Below, piece by piece: positions 54,240-63,634 of a stretch of 64,000 bases of DNA. Position 1 is the first letter of the stretch. Every line of letters begins with the position of its first letter. The notes under the pieces were generated by a model. That model was not told where the DNA came from, did not search any database, and saw only the letters and a list, made by a program, of their open reading frames with translations. The stretch is from Eubacteriales bacterium (lineage in GTDB: Bacteria > Bacillota > Clostridia > Oscillospirales > CAG-272), in NCBI GenBank assembly GCA_045633625.1, contig JAZQYP010000016.1, forward strand, positions 6,059 through 70,058. Direction: 5' to 3'. Both the position numbers and the translations under genes were made by a program.

Positions 54240-55528
54240 TGAAATCAAGCAAAGCAAAAAAACGTATGATCGCCCTTATCGTTGCGGCAGGTCTCTTTGT
54301 CGCAGGCATCGCACTTTCCGCTATAGGAGTTGTATTTATGGGTAATAATTCTCACTTCATTTCAAAAAACAATTACAAGTCGGTCACGGCTGACGTTACG
54401 GAGGACTTTAAGTCTATAAGCGTACTCGCCACCACCTGTGACGTCATTTTTGAGGCTTCCCCCGACAACAACACTTTGATATCGGCACACGTTCCCGAAA
54501 AAAGCGACGTCGAAAGCTTTGTCGAGGACGGCACACTTCATATTCGCGTAAAGGACAACCGCAAATGGTATGATTTTATACGTATATCAATAGGCACCGA
54601 GTCGCCAAGTGTTGTAGTGTATTTGCCGAAGGGCGAGTATGAGACGCTTTACGCTCACGTCACCACGGGAGACTTCAGCATAGGTGAGGAGCATTCCTTC
54701 TCTTCCCTCTCCTTTGAGGCAAGCACGGGAGACGCCGTGATATTATCACCCGTAGGAGAGTCACTTTACGCCAAGGTGACCACGGGAGACGTAAGAGTGG
54801 GCAATACCTCACCCGCACTTATGGAGCTCAGAGCCACAACGGGCGATATAAAGATAGAAAACGTGCAAAATTCAGGCAAGATAACGGCAAAGACGGGATC
54901 GGGAAAGGTTTCTTTCTCTACGGTACACGCAAACGAGATAGATATTGAGACGACCACGGGAGATATTGGCCTTGAGGACGTTATCGCAGCTTCCTCGGCT
55001 CATATCAAGGCAACGTCGGGCGACGTAGAATTTGAGGCATTTGACTCGGCAGAAATTTATATTAAGGTAACCACGGGCGACGTCGAAGGTGAGCTGCTTT
55101 CGAGCAAGAAGTTTATCACCGACACGACCACGGGCGACGTAAGAGTTCCCTATAGCACCGAGGGCGGTGTGTGTGATATAAAGACCACCACGGGCGATAT
55201 TGAAATTTACGTTGTCGACCGCTCATCACGCATTTACGTTTGGGAAAAGGAAGGCGCGGGCGGCGCATTTACCATAAGTCTTTTTGAGGACGGCACCTTC
55301 CAATATTACGAGGGAATGTTCTCAAGCTATATTGGAATGGGCACGTGGGAAAAGGACGGAGAGGTTATCACTCTCACCGAGGGCGACATCGGCTACGGCT
55401 TTGTATTTAAGTTCAGAATGTCACACGGCGACCTGCTGTTTATCAAAGAGGAATCGGACAAATTCCTTTACACCGACGTCGCCGACGGGGACAGATTCCT
55501 CGGCAGAATGATGAAGGAAGATAAATAA
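54239..55528 (+). CDS. DUF4097-like beta-strand-repeat protein with extra C-terminal domain
   Basis: An N-terminal TM helix is followed by repeated T(T/S)GD(I/V) strands: TTGDFSI, STGDAVI, TTGDVRV, TTGDIKI, TTGDIGL, TSGDVEF, TTGDVEG, TTGDVRV and TTGDIEI. About 100 additional C-terminal residues follow. Confidence 0.85.
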   Translation: MKSSKAKKRMIALIVAAGLFVAGIALSAIGVVFMGNNSHFISKNNYKSVTADVTEDFKSISVLATTCDVIFEASPDNNTLISAHVPEKSDVESFVEDGTLHIRVKDNRKWYDFIRISIGTESPSVVVYLPKGEYETLYAHVTTGDFSIGEEHSFSSLSFEASTGDAVILSPVGESLYAKVTTGDVRVGNTSPALMELRATTGDIKIENVQNSGKITAKTGSGKVSFSTVHANEIDIETTTGDIGLEDVIAASSAHIKATSGDVEFEAFDSAEIYIKVTTGDVEGELLSSKKFITDTTTGDVRVPYSTEGGVCDIKTTTGDIEIYVVDRSSRIYVWEKEGAGGAFTISLFEDGTFQYYEGMFSSYIGMGTWEKDGEVITLTEGDIGYGFVFKFRMSHGDLLFIKEESDKFLYTDVADGDRFLGRMMKEDK

Positions 55529-55530
55529 TA

Positions 55531-55558
55531 AAAGGGCGGTCATACCGCCCTTTATTTG
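55531..55558 (+). terminator. Rho-independent terminator
   Basis: The stem aaagggcggt / accgcccttt is followed by atttg. Confidence 0.65.
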
Positions 55559-55574
55559 TCGCAATTTTAAGAGA

Positions 55575-55763
55575 TAAATTGGGATTTGTGGGGGTGTTGT
55601 GTAGAGGGATAAACGAACGATTTCTACAAACACTGTAGGGGCGCGCACTGCGCGTCCGCTCGTGCTTCTTCGGCGTTCGTTGCGGACGGCCAATGGCCGC
55701 CCCTACGATTAAAAATAATGTTCTACTCTCTACATAACATCCCAATAAATCAAAATTTGAAAT
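55575..55763 (+). repeat. Structured intergenic repeat, copy 3 (189 bp)
   Basis: It is closest to copy 1, about 90% identical over shared positions by eye. It lies between two convergent terminators. Confidence 0.85.
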
Positions 55764-55784
55764 AGCGGGTGCCTTGTGTCAAGA

Positions 55785-55825
55785 CAAAAAGCGCTTACGG
55801 CAATGCCGTAAGCGCTTGATTTTCT
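55785..55825. terminator. Terminator of aspS (usable in both directions)
   Basis: The 13-bp stem is agcgcttacggca / tgccgtaagcgct. It is flanked by caaaaa on the left and tgatttt on the right. Confidence 0.75.
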
Positions 55826-55832
55826 ATTACTA

Positions 55833-57626
55833 TTACTCCTCGTCACCGACAAGAGCGATACCAAGCTCCACGAGAGCGTTGGGATCTGCCGCCGAGGGAC
55901 ATCTTGTCATAAGCTCGGATGCGTTCTGTACCTTCGGGAATGCGATAACGTCACGAATATCCTCAAGGCCGAGAAGGAGCGTTACGAGTCTGTCAAGACC
56001 GAATGCAAGACCGCCGTGAGGGGGTACACCGTACTTGAATGCCTCAAGCAAGTAGCCGAACTTCTCCTTTGCCTCTTCCTCGGAAAGTCCGAGAACCGAG
56101 AACATCTTCGACTGGATAGCGCTATCGTGGATTCTTACCGAACCGCCGCCAAGCTCCGTGCCGTTGAGAACGATATCATAAGCCTTTGCTCTGACTCTGC
56201 CGGGATCGCTGTCAAGGAATTCGAGGTCCTCGTCCATAGGAGACGTGAAGGGGTGGTGCTTCGCATAGAAGCGTCCGTCCTCCTCGCTGTACTCAAGAAG
56301 CGGGAACTCTGTGACCCAGAGGAACTTGAAGTCCATAGGATCGAGTATTCCCATTCTCTTTGCGCACTCGCAACGGAGCGCACCGAGAGCATCGTAAACA
56401 ACTGCATTCTTATCTGCAACGATAAGGATAAGGTCACCGGCCTCAGCGCCCATCTTCTCCTTGATCGCCTCATTTTCAGCTTCTGTGAGGAACTTTGCGT
56501 AGGACGAGGATATCTCACCCGTCTCTGCCCACTTGAGCCAAGCAAGTCCCTTTGCTCTGTAGGATTTTACAAACTCTGCAAGGCTGTCGATCTCCTTACG
56601 GGAGAACTTTGCGCCGCCCTTTACGTTGATACCGCGTACAGAGCCGCCGTTCTCGATAGCACCCGCAAACACCTTGAACTCGCAAGACGTGAGAAGTGCC
56701 GAGAGGTCTGTAAGCTCATAGCCGAAACGAACGTCGGGCTTATCGGAGCCGAAGCGATCCATAGCCTCGGCATAAGGCATACGAACGAAATCATAGTCAA
56801 GCTCGTAGCCGAAGTAATCCTTGAAGAGTCTCTTGATAAAGCCCTCGTGCATCTTCATAACGTCATCAGCAGTTACGAAGGACATCTCGGTATCAAGCTG
56901 TGTAAACTCGGGCTGACGGTCAGCTCTGAGGTCCTCGTCTCTGAAGCAGCGAGCTATCTGGAAGTAACGGTCAAAGCCCGAAACCATAAGAAGCTGCTTG
57001 TAGAGCTGAGGGGACTGAGGAAGCGCATAGAAGCTTCCCTTATGCACGCGGCTGGGAACGAGATAGTCACGCGCGCCCTCGGGTGTGGGCTTGCAGAGGT
57101 TGGGGGTCTCGATATCGATAAAGCCCTGCTCCGCGTAGTAGTCACGCGCGATCTTCGAGATCTTTGAGCGCGCGATTATATTTCTCTGCATATCGGGACG
57201 GCGGAGGTCAAGGTAACGGTGACGCAGACGAAGCTCTGTGTTTACCTTGGAATTCTCAACTATCTCGAAGGGGGGAGTCTCGGAGACCGAAAGGATCTTG
57301 AACTCGTCAACCTCGATCTCGATCTCACCCGTGGGGATATTCTTGTTGATAGCGCCCTCGCCTCTCATTCTGACTGTTCCCTTTGCAAGAAGAACGAACT
57401 CTGCACGCACGGTGAATGCGTCCTCAAAGATCTTCTTGTCGGTCTCTGTGCCGAATGCGAGCTGAAGGATACCGCTTCTGTCGCGGAGGTCGATAAAGAT
57501 GAGCGCGCCGAGGTCTCTCTGCTTCTGCGCCCAGCCCATAACTGTAACCCTCTGTCCTATATTCTTTGCCGAAAGCTCACCGCAAAGGTGAGTTCTCTTG
57601 TCATTTTCACTCAAAAACTGTGCCAT
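55833..57626 (-). CDS. aspS: Aspartate--tRNA ligase
   Basis: This 597-aa class IIb synthetase contains FIDLRDRSG, QSPQLYKQLLM, FRDEDLRADRQPEFTQLD and GGLAFGLDRL. Confidence 0.95.
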   Translation of the reverse strand: MAQFLSENDKRTHLCGELSAKNIGQRVTVMGWAQKQRDLGALIFIDLRDRSGILQLAFGTETDKKIFEDAFTVRAEFVLLAKGTVRMRGEGAINKNIPTGEIEIEVDEFKILSVSETPPFEIVENSKVNTELRLRHRYLDLRRPDMQRNIIARSKISKIARDYYAEQGFIDIETPNLCKPTPEGARDYLVPSRVHKGSFYALPQSPQLYKQLLMVSGFDRYFQIARCFRDEDLRADRQPEFTQLDTEMSFVTADDVMKMHEGFIKRLFKDYFGYELDYDFVRMPYAEAMDRFGSDKPDVRFGYELTDLSALLTSCEFKVFAGAIENGGSVRGINVKGGAKFSRKEIDSLAEFVKSYRAKGLAWLKWAETGEISSSYAKFLTEAENEAIKEKMGAEAGDLILIVADKNAVVYDALGALRCECAKRMGILDPMDFKFLWVTEFPLLEYSEEDGRFYAKHHPFTSPMDEDLEFLDSDPGRVRAKAYDIVLNGTELGGGSVRIHDSAIQSKMFSVLGLSEEEAKEKFGYLLEAFKYGVPPHGGLAFGLDRLVTLLLGLEDIRDVIAFPKVQNASELMTRCPSAADPNALVELGIALVGDEE

Positions 57627-57657
57627 ATCTATTTTTCCTTTTCAGTATTTTTATGTA

Positions 57658-58218
57658 TTATAATTCTTTTCCGTTCTTGTCAAAGAGAGGGAGCTTCTCA
57701 AGATAAATGAGATCCTCGCGGTCTGCGGCATCGCCCTCTGCGAGAATTGCCATTCTTCCGCAGATGATACCGCCTCCCTTCTCGACAAGCGCCTCTATCG
57801 CCTTGAGGGACTCACCCGTGGATATTACGTCGTCAACGATAAGCACCTTCTTGCCCGCCATAAGCTTTGCGTCGGCAGTATCAAGATAAAGTGTCTGCTC
57901 CTTCGCGGTGGTTATAGAGCGCACCGTCGACTCAAAAACGCCCTCCATATAAAGCTTTGGAGCTTTTCTTGCGAGAAGATACTTCTGATTTCCCGCAAGG
58001 CGCGCCATCTCGTGAACAAGGGGTATTCCCTTTGCCTCGGCGGAAATAAGGTAATCATACTCGGGAGCGCGGCGGAGCAATTCCTCTGCACACGCGGTTG
58101 TAAGCTCGGGGTCGCCAAAGATAACGAAGCCCGCGATCATAAGCTCGTCGGAGATGGGACACAGGGGCAGGAATCTGTCGTGCCCTGCAATATTCATCTT
58201 GTGGTACATTCTTTCCAT
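57658..58218 (-). CDS. Phosphoribosyltransferase family protein (type I PRT fold)
   Basis: The PRPP-binding loop is KVLIVDDVISTGESL. The gene lies 31 nt upstream of aspS on the same strand. Confidence 0.75.
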   Translation of the reverse strand: MERMYHKMNIAGHDRFLPLCPISDELMIAGFVIFGDPELTTACAEELLRRAPEYDYLISAEAKGIPLVHEMARLAGNQKYLLARKAPKLYMEGVFESTVRSITTAKEQTLYLDTADAKLMAGKKVLIVDDVISTGESLKAIEALVEKGGGIICGRMAILAEGDAADREDLIYLEKLPLFDKNGKEL

Positions 58219-58468
58219 AACGTCACCTCAAAAACGATTGATTTTAGATTTTCTTCCACAGTATATTATACACTTTTTAGTAAAAAAGTCAATCACTTGC
58301 CGTTTTTTTCTCACAAAAATCACTCTTAAGTGGATAATTTTATTAAAATTTGCATATTTTAATGCTAAAATCAAAAAAATCTCTTGAAATGCAGAAGAAA
58401 ATGTTGTATAATGAACTGTAATTATAACTATAATTAAAATTTAACATTTTATTTTGGAGGTTACTCTA

Positions 58469-59026
58469 ATGGTAGTAGCAGGAGATTTTAAGAACGGTAT
58501 TACTTTTGATATGGACGGCGTGGCTTATCAGGTCGTTGAGTTCCAGCACGTAAAGCCCGGTAAGGGTGCGGCTTTCGTCCGTACAAAGATCAGAAACGTA
58601 ATCACAGGTTCGGTTATTGAAAGAACTTTCAACCCCACCGATAAGTTTGAGAACGCTATGATCGAGCGCCGCGAGATGCAGTATTCCTACAACGACGGCG
58701 ATCTTTATTACTTCATGGATATGGAGACATTCGAGATGGAGCCCCTCAACAGCGATAAGCTTCCCGATAGCTTCAAGTTCGTTAAGGAAGAGATGATGTG
58801 CAAGATCGTTTCCTACAAGGGCAATGTATTCAGCGTTGAGCCTCCCACATTCGTTGAGCTTGAGGTTACACAGACAGACCCCGGCTTTGCAGGCAACACA
58901 GCTACAAACACTCTCAAGCCCGCAACTCTTGAGACAGGCGCTGTTATCAAGGTTCCGCTCTTCATCAACGAGGGCGAGGTCCTCAAGATCGACACGAGAA
59001 CAGGCGAATACCTCTCTCGCGCATAA
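58469..59026 (+). CDS. efp: Elongation factor P
   Basis: It contains [39 protein letters not shown]. The ATG at 58469 follows GGAGG. Confidence 0.95.
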   Translation: MVVAGDFKNGITFDMDGVAYQVVEFQHVKPGKGAAFVRTKIRNVITGSVIERTFNPTDKFENAMIERREMQYSYNDGDLYYFMDMETFEMEPLNSDKLPDSFKFVKEEMMCKIVSYKGNVFSVEPPTFVELEVTQTDPGFAGNTATNTLKPATLETGAVIKVPLFINEGEVLKIDTRTGEYLSRA

Positions 59027-59062
59027 TTAATTTATTTGCATTTTTGCAGAACGGAGTAAAAT

Positions 59063-59521
59063 ATGACGATTACCGAAAAGGCTGCTTACATCAAGGGTCT
59101 TGCTGAAGGCCTTGAGCTTGACAACAGCACTAAGGAAGGAAAGGTCCTTCTCGCTATACTCGATATGGTTACCGATATGGCAGAGGATATCACAGACATC
59201 GCAGAGGACATCGAGTATCTCGACGAGTATATCGAGGAGCTTGATGCTGATCTTGGCGAGCTTGAGGAGTACGTTTACGAGCTCGACGACGAGTGCGAGT
59301 GCGAGTGTGACGACTGCGAGTGCGAGTGTGACGATTGTGATTGCGATTGCGATTACAATGATGATGAGGAGGAGTATTTCGAGGTTGAGTGTCCCTCTTG
59401 CGGAGAGACAGTTTGCTTTGACAGCACCATCGACCCCGAGGATCTCACCTGCCCCGCTTGCGGAGAAAAGTTTGAGTGCATCATCTCTGAGGATGACCTT
59501 GACGCACTTGACGCAGAATAA
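59063..59521 (+). CDS. Acidic protein with (Cys-Glu/Asp)n tract and C-terminal zinc ribbon (resembles the clostridial CD1247 N-terminal-domain family)
   Basis: It contains MTITEKAAYIKGLAEGLELD, then DDECECECDDCECECDDCDCDCDY, then CPSCGETVCF...CPACGEKF. Confidence 0.7.
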   Translation: MTITEKAAYIKGLAEGLELDNSTKEGKVLLAILDMVTDMAEDITDIAEDIEYLDEYIEELDADLGELEEYVYELDDECECECDDCECECDDCDCDCDYNDDEEEYFEVECPSCGETVCFDSTIDPEDLTCPACGEKFECIISEDDLDALDAE

Positions 59522-59583
59522 TCTACTTTGAATATAAAAGAACGTCGCGCGCGACGGTCTTTTATTCCCCATGGAGAACATAA

Positions 59584-60393
59584 ATGGATAAGATCGAAAA
59601 AGCACTTACACCGACCTCTCCTGCCGACATCAGAACGATGGCTGACAAAATACTTTGCCTCGCGCTCGATATCGGTGAGGGTATACTGCGCTCGGGCGGC
59701 GAGATAAACAGAGTTGAAAACACCATAGAGCGAGTCTGCCGCGCATACGGAGCCAAGCACGTTGAGGTCTTTACCATAAATTCACTTATCGTTGCAGCTC
59801 TGAGGCTTGAGGATGACTCATATTCAAACCAGATACGTCGCGTAGCGGGAGAGCAGACTAATTTGTCAAAGCTCGAGAGGCTCAACGCGCTCTCAAGAAG
59901 GATCTGCCGTGAGGTAACGCCCATTGACGAGGCACTCGCCCTTGTCAAGCAAGCAAAGGATATAAAGCCCTATGCTGACGTGATCCTGCTCATTGGAGCT
60001 ATGCTCGGTGCTGCGGCATTCACCGTTTACTTCGGCGGAAATTGGCTCGATGCGATTGCGACGGCGCTTATTGGAATAGTTATCAAGCTTATTGATATGA
60101 AGCGCCCGTCATATATGAATAAAATGGCGAGCACTGTTATCTGCTCCTTTATCGGCGGCATGCTCTCCTATCTTATCACAATGGTAGGACTTGGCAATAA
60201 CGTCGATATGATAATGATAGGAACTATAATGCTGCTCGCGCCCGGTGCATATTTTGGATATGCGCTGCGTGACCTTCTCTTCGGAGACTTCCTTGCGGGA
60301 TCACTCAAGGTGATCCAGGCACTTCTTCTTGCCGCTATGATAGCACTTGGATTTTCTCTCTCCATTCTTTTGATGGGAGGTGTAACGCTGTGA
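59584..60393 (+). CDS. Threonine/serine exporter family protein (ThrE, DUF1212-type subunit)
   Basis: It contains LDIGEGILRSGGEINRVENTIERVCRAYGA and C-terminal TM helices. Confidence 0.8.
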   Translation: MDKIEKALTPTSPADIRTMADKILCLALDIGEGILRSGGEINRVENTIERVCRAYGAKHVEVFTINSLIVAALRLEDDSYSNQIRRVAGEQTNLSKLERLNALSRRICREVTPIDEALALVKQAKDIKPYADVILLIGAMLGAAAFTVYFGGNWLDAIATALIGIVIKLIDMKRPSYMNKMASTVICSFIGGMLSYLITMVGLGNNVDMIMIGTIMLLAPGAYFGYALRDLLFGDFLAGSLKVIQALLLAAMIALGFSLSILLMGGVTL

Positions 60394-60860
60394 CCGATAT
60401 ACTAATAAAACTTATTGCGGCTGCAGTAGGAACGCTTGCCTTCGCACTTGTGTTCAAAGCAAATACAAGACATCTTCCCACCATTACGGTAGGCGGAACC
60501 GTGGCCAGCGCAATATTTATTTATCTTGACTTTCTTGGGGCAAATCTTTTCGTCTCGAATTTCGTCGCTGTCGCGGCGCTCGCTATACTTTCCGAGGTTT
60601 TTGCAAGGCTTTTCCGCGCTCCTACAGCAATTTTCTTGCTCCCGGGAACGATAATTCTCTTCCCCGGAGGAAGTCTTTACTATGCAATGAGCGGACTTAT
60701 ACTTAAGGACCTTGAGTCTGCTGCCGAGAACGGCAAGGCGGCGCTCCTTATAGGTCTTGGAATCGCGGGCGGAATGATAGCCGCATCGGTCGTCTGCGGC
60801 ACGATTACGAGAGCTATCGACAAGTGGCGCACCGAGAAAGGTAAGGCAGGTACAAAATGA
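60390..60860 (+). CDS. Threonine/serine exporter family protein (DUF3815-type subunit)
   Basis: This 156-aa protein has 4-5 TM helices. It overlaps the upstream gene by 4 nt. Confidence 0.75.
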   Translation: MTDILIKLIAAAVGTLAFALVFKANTRHLPTITVGGTVASAIFIYLDFLGANLFVSNFVAVAALAILSEVFARLFRAPTAIFLLPGTIILFPGGSLYYAMSGLILKDLESAAENGKAALLIGLGIAGGMIAASVVCGTITRAIDKWRTEKGKAGTK

Positions 60861-61360
60861 CACAAAAGCAGATAAGAATGAAAATACGCTCGACAAGATA
60901 TGAAATGAAGGAATTTCTCTTTGCCGAGCTCGTCTCGGACCTTTCCGAGGAGATAGAGCTGCCCGACGAGATACTCGGAGAGGTAGCAGAGGGCGAGAAG
61001 ATAGAGATAGCCACAGACGGCATTCTCTCGCACAAGGATGGACGAATTGAGCTCTCGTACGACGAGACCGAGCTTACCGGAATGGAGGGCTCGAAAACGG
61101 CTGTCTCCTTCTCGAAGGATGCTCCCGAGCTTATCACGATGGTGCGTGAGGGCACGGTATCAACAGCGCTCGTCTTTGAACCGAACAAGCGACATCATTG
61201 CGTTTACAAAACGCCCTATATGCCCTTCGAGGTCTGCGTGAGAACTCTCAAGGTAGACAACCGTCTTGAGAGTGAAAACCGTCTTTACATCGACTACATA
61301 ATCGAGATCCGCGGTGCAAAAGCCGAAAGAACGAAATTTGAACTCACTTTTTTTGAATAA
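60857..61360 (+). CDS. DUF1934-like beta-barrel protein
   Basis: This 167-aa ORF contains VSFSKDAPELITMVREGTVSTALVFEPNKRHHCVYKTPYMPFEV. It overlaps the upstream gene by 4 nt. Confidence 0.7.
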   Translation: MTQKQIRMKIRSTRYEMKEFLFAELVSDLSEEIELPDEILGEVAEGEKIEIATDGILSHKDGRIELSYDETELTGMEGSKTAVSFSKDAPELITMVREGTVSTALVFEPNKRHHCVYKTPYMPFEVCVRTLKVDNRLESENRLYIDYIIEIRGAKAERTKFELTFFE

Positions 61361-61367
61361 AATAATG

Positions 61368-61399
61368 CGGGGAGAACTTTTTTACAAAAGTTCTCCCCG
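61368..61399. terminator. Bidirectional terminator between convergent genes
   Basis: The 14-bp stem is cggggagaactttt / aaaagttctccccg. Confidence 0.8.
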
Positions 61400-61406
61400 T
61401 TCCTAT

Positions 61407-62078
61407 TTATTTTCCCTCAACTATCTTAACGCCTGCGGAGGTCCCGAGGCGGTCGGCACCTGCGGCGATGAGAGCGGCGGCGTCCTCATATGAGCGAATT
61501 CCCGCCGATGCCTTAACACGCATCGTTGTGGGAATATACGCCTTCATAAGGGCTACGTCGTGCACGGTAGCCTTATTCTCTGCGTCCTTTGCGGTCGAAA
61601 AGCCCGTGCAGGTCTTGACAAAATGTGCACCCGCTTCGGCAGAAAGCTGGCAAGCGGTGACCTTCTCCTCATCAGTGAGGTATGCCGTCTCAATTATGAC
61701 CTTGACGGTCTTTCCCTTTGCCGCCGCAACGACTGCCGCGATATCGTCTCTTACGTAGTCGAGTCTGCCCTCCTTGAGCGCGCCCACTGCGATGACCATG
61801 TCAAATTCCTCACAGCCGTCCTCATATGCCTTCATAGCCTCTGCCGCCTTTGCCGCAGTGCTCGTCGCGCCAAGAGGAAAGCCTATGACCGTGCAGACGT
61901 TTACGTCGGTACCTGCAAGAAGCTCGCTTGCGAGGGCAACGTACATAGGATTGATGCAGACCGACGCAAAGTCGTATTTTTTTGCTTCCTCACAAACGCG
62001 ACGTACGTCAGCCTCTGTCGCAAACGCCGAGAGGACTGTATGCTCTATATATTTGTTTATATTCTCTATCATAACCAT
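61407..62078 (-). CDS. deoC: Deoxyribose-phosphate aldolase
   Basis: It contains [27 protein letters not shown] and HFVKTCTGF, which holds the Schiff-base Lys region. Confidence 0.92.
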   Translation of the reverse strand: MVMIENINKYIEHTVLSAFATEADVRRVCEEAKKYDFASVCINPMYVALASELLAGTDVNVCTVIGFPLGATSTAAKAAEAMKAYEDGCEEFDMVIAVGALKEGRLDYVRDDIAAVVAAAKGKTVKVIIETAYLTDEEKVTACQLSAEAGAHFVKTCTGFSTAKDAENKATVHDVALMKAYIPTTMRVKASAGIRSYEDAAALIAAGADRLGTSAGVKIVEGK

Positions 62079-62215
62079 TCTCCTTTACTTTTGGTAATAT
62101 AATGATACCAAAAACCTCCTAAAAAGTCAACAAAAAAGGCAAATCTATTGACTTTCACAAAAATATACTATATAATGTATGATGATTAACTGTAGAAGGA
62201 GTTGATATTTCTATC

Positions 62216-63622
62216 ATGGACACGGACGGGAATTTATGTAGCCTGTTTAATTTCTCACAACTAAGGAGCATCGGCGCGACTGCCGAGATCGATGGCGGCA
62301 CGGGGCTTCTTATCGCGCTATTCATTGTGTTTCTCTGCTTCAGCGCCTATTTTTCGTGCACAGAATGCGGCTTTTCGGGAATGAACAAGATCCGTATCAA
62401 GGCGAAGGCTGACGAGGGAGACAAGCGTGCAAAAACGGCTATGTATATCTCTAACAACTACGACAGAGCGCTGACGACTCTGCTTATCGGCAATAACATC
62501 GTAAACATTGCCGCCGCATCGGTCGCAACGCTTATCGCAACACGTCTATTTGACACGTCAAACACCGTAACGGTGCTTTGTACCGTCATAACCACACTCA
62601 TAGTCTTTCTTTTCGGTGAGATGATCCCAAAGGCGTTCGCCACCGACAAAACTGAGACGACGTGCATAGGAACTGCAAAGTCGCTTCGCTTCTTTATGAA
62701 GCTCTTTTACCCCTTTGCGACATTCTTTTCGTGGATATCGTCGGGTATGACCAAGCTCGTATCAAGGTTCATCAAAAAGGATGAGGAGCCCTCATTCACC
62801 GAGGAAGAGCTCTACGACATTATCGAGACTATCGAAAAGGAGGGCGTTATGGACGAGGAGCAGGGAGACCTCTTCAAGTCAGCGCTCGACTTCTCCGGCA
62901 CTCGCGCACAGGACGTTATGACTATGAGAGAGGATGTCTGCGCTATCGACGTGAATATGCCGAACGAGGCAATACTTGAGTACGTGCAGAACACCAATCA
63001 CTCGCGTCTTCCCGTATATCGCGGCGACATGGACCACATTATCGGAGTTCTTCAGATACGCCATTTTCTCCGCGCGTATATGAAAAATCCGAGAGTGCGT
63101 TTGCGCACCCTTCTTATGCCCTGCTACAGAGTCAACCCCAAGGCAATGATAGACGAGCTCCTTGACGAGATGCGTCAGCACAAATTCTATCTTGGAGTAG
63201 TCTCTGATGAGGATGGCACAACACTCGGTCTTGTCACCATTGAGGACTTCCTTGAGGAGCTTGTGGGCGAGATCTGGGATGAGGATGACGTGGTGGATGA
63301 CAATTTTGTAAAGCTTGGAGGCAACCGCTTCCTTGTAAATACACATATGACCCTCTCGGAGCTCTGCGAGCGCATCGGCATCGACTGTCCCGACGCGAGA
63401 AGTGCAGATTTCCCGCTTATTTCCATTCTTCTTGAAAATTTTGGAAGAATTCCCGAGGAAGAGGATTCATTTATACTTAACGACACACTTGAATTTACAG
63501 TTGAAGAGGTCGAAAACAACCGTGTAAAATCGGTCGTGGCGCACCTTCTTTCCGAAGAAGACCTTGCAGAGCTTGAGGCTGATGCCGAGAGCGATGAGGC
63601 CGACTCCGAGGACAAGGAATAA
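62216..63622 (+). CDS. Hemolysin/CNNM family protein (DUF21 + CBS pair + CorC_HlyC)
   Basis: It contains the DUF21 block LLIGNNIVNIAAASVAT and FGEMIPKAFA. A CBS region and the transporter-associated domain (VVSDEDGTTLGLVTIEDFLEELVGEIWDE) follow. The start codon is uncertain. Confidence 0.8.
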   Translation: MDTDGNLCSLFNFSQLRSIGATAEIDGGTGLLIALFIVFLCFSAYFSCTECGFSGMNKIRIKAKADEGDKRAKTAMYISNNYDRALTTLLIGNNIVNIAAASVATLIATRLFDTSNTVTVLCTVITTLIVFLFGEMIPKAFATDKTETTCIGTAKSLRFFMKLFYPFATFFSWISSGMTKLVSRFIKKDEEPSFTEEELYDIIETIEKEGVMDEEQGDLFKSALDFSGTRAQDVMTMREDVCAIDVNMPNEAILEYVQNTNHSRLPVYRGDMDHIIGVLQIRHFLRAYMKNPRVRLRTLLMPCYRVNPKAMIDELLDEMRQHKFYLGVVSDEDGTTLGLVTIEDFLEELVGEIWDEDDVVDDNFVKLGGNRFLVNTHMTLSELCERIGIDCPDARSADFPLISILLENFGRIPEEEDSFILNDTLEFTVEEVENNRVKSVVAHLLSEEDLAELEADAESDEADSEDKE

Positions 63623-63634
63623 GGAGGGGCGGCT

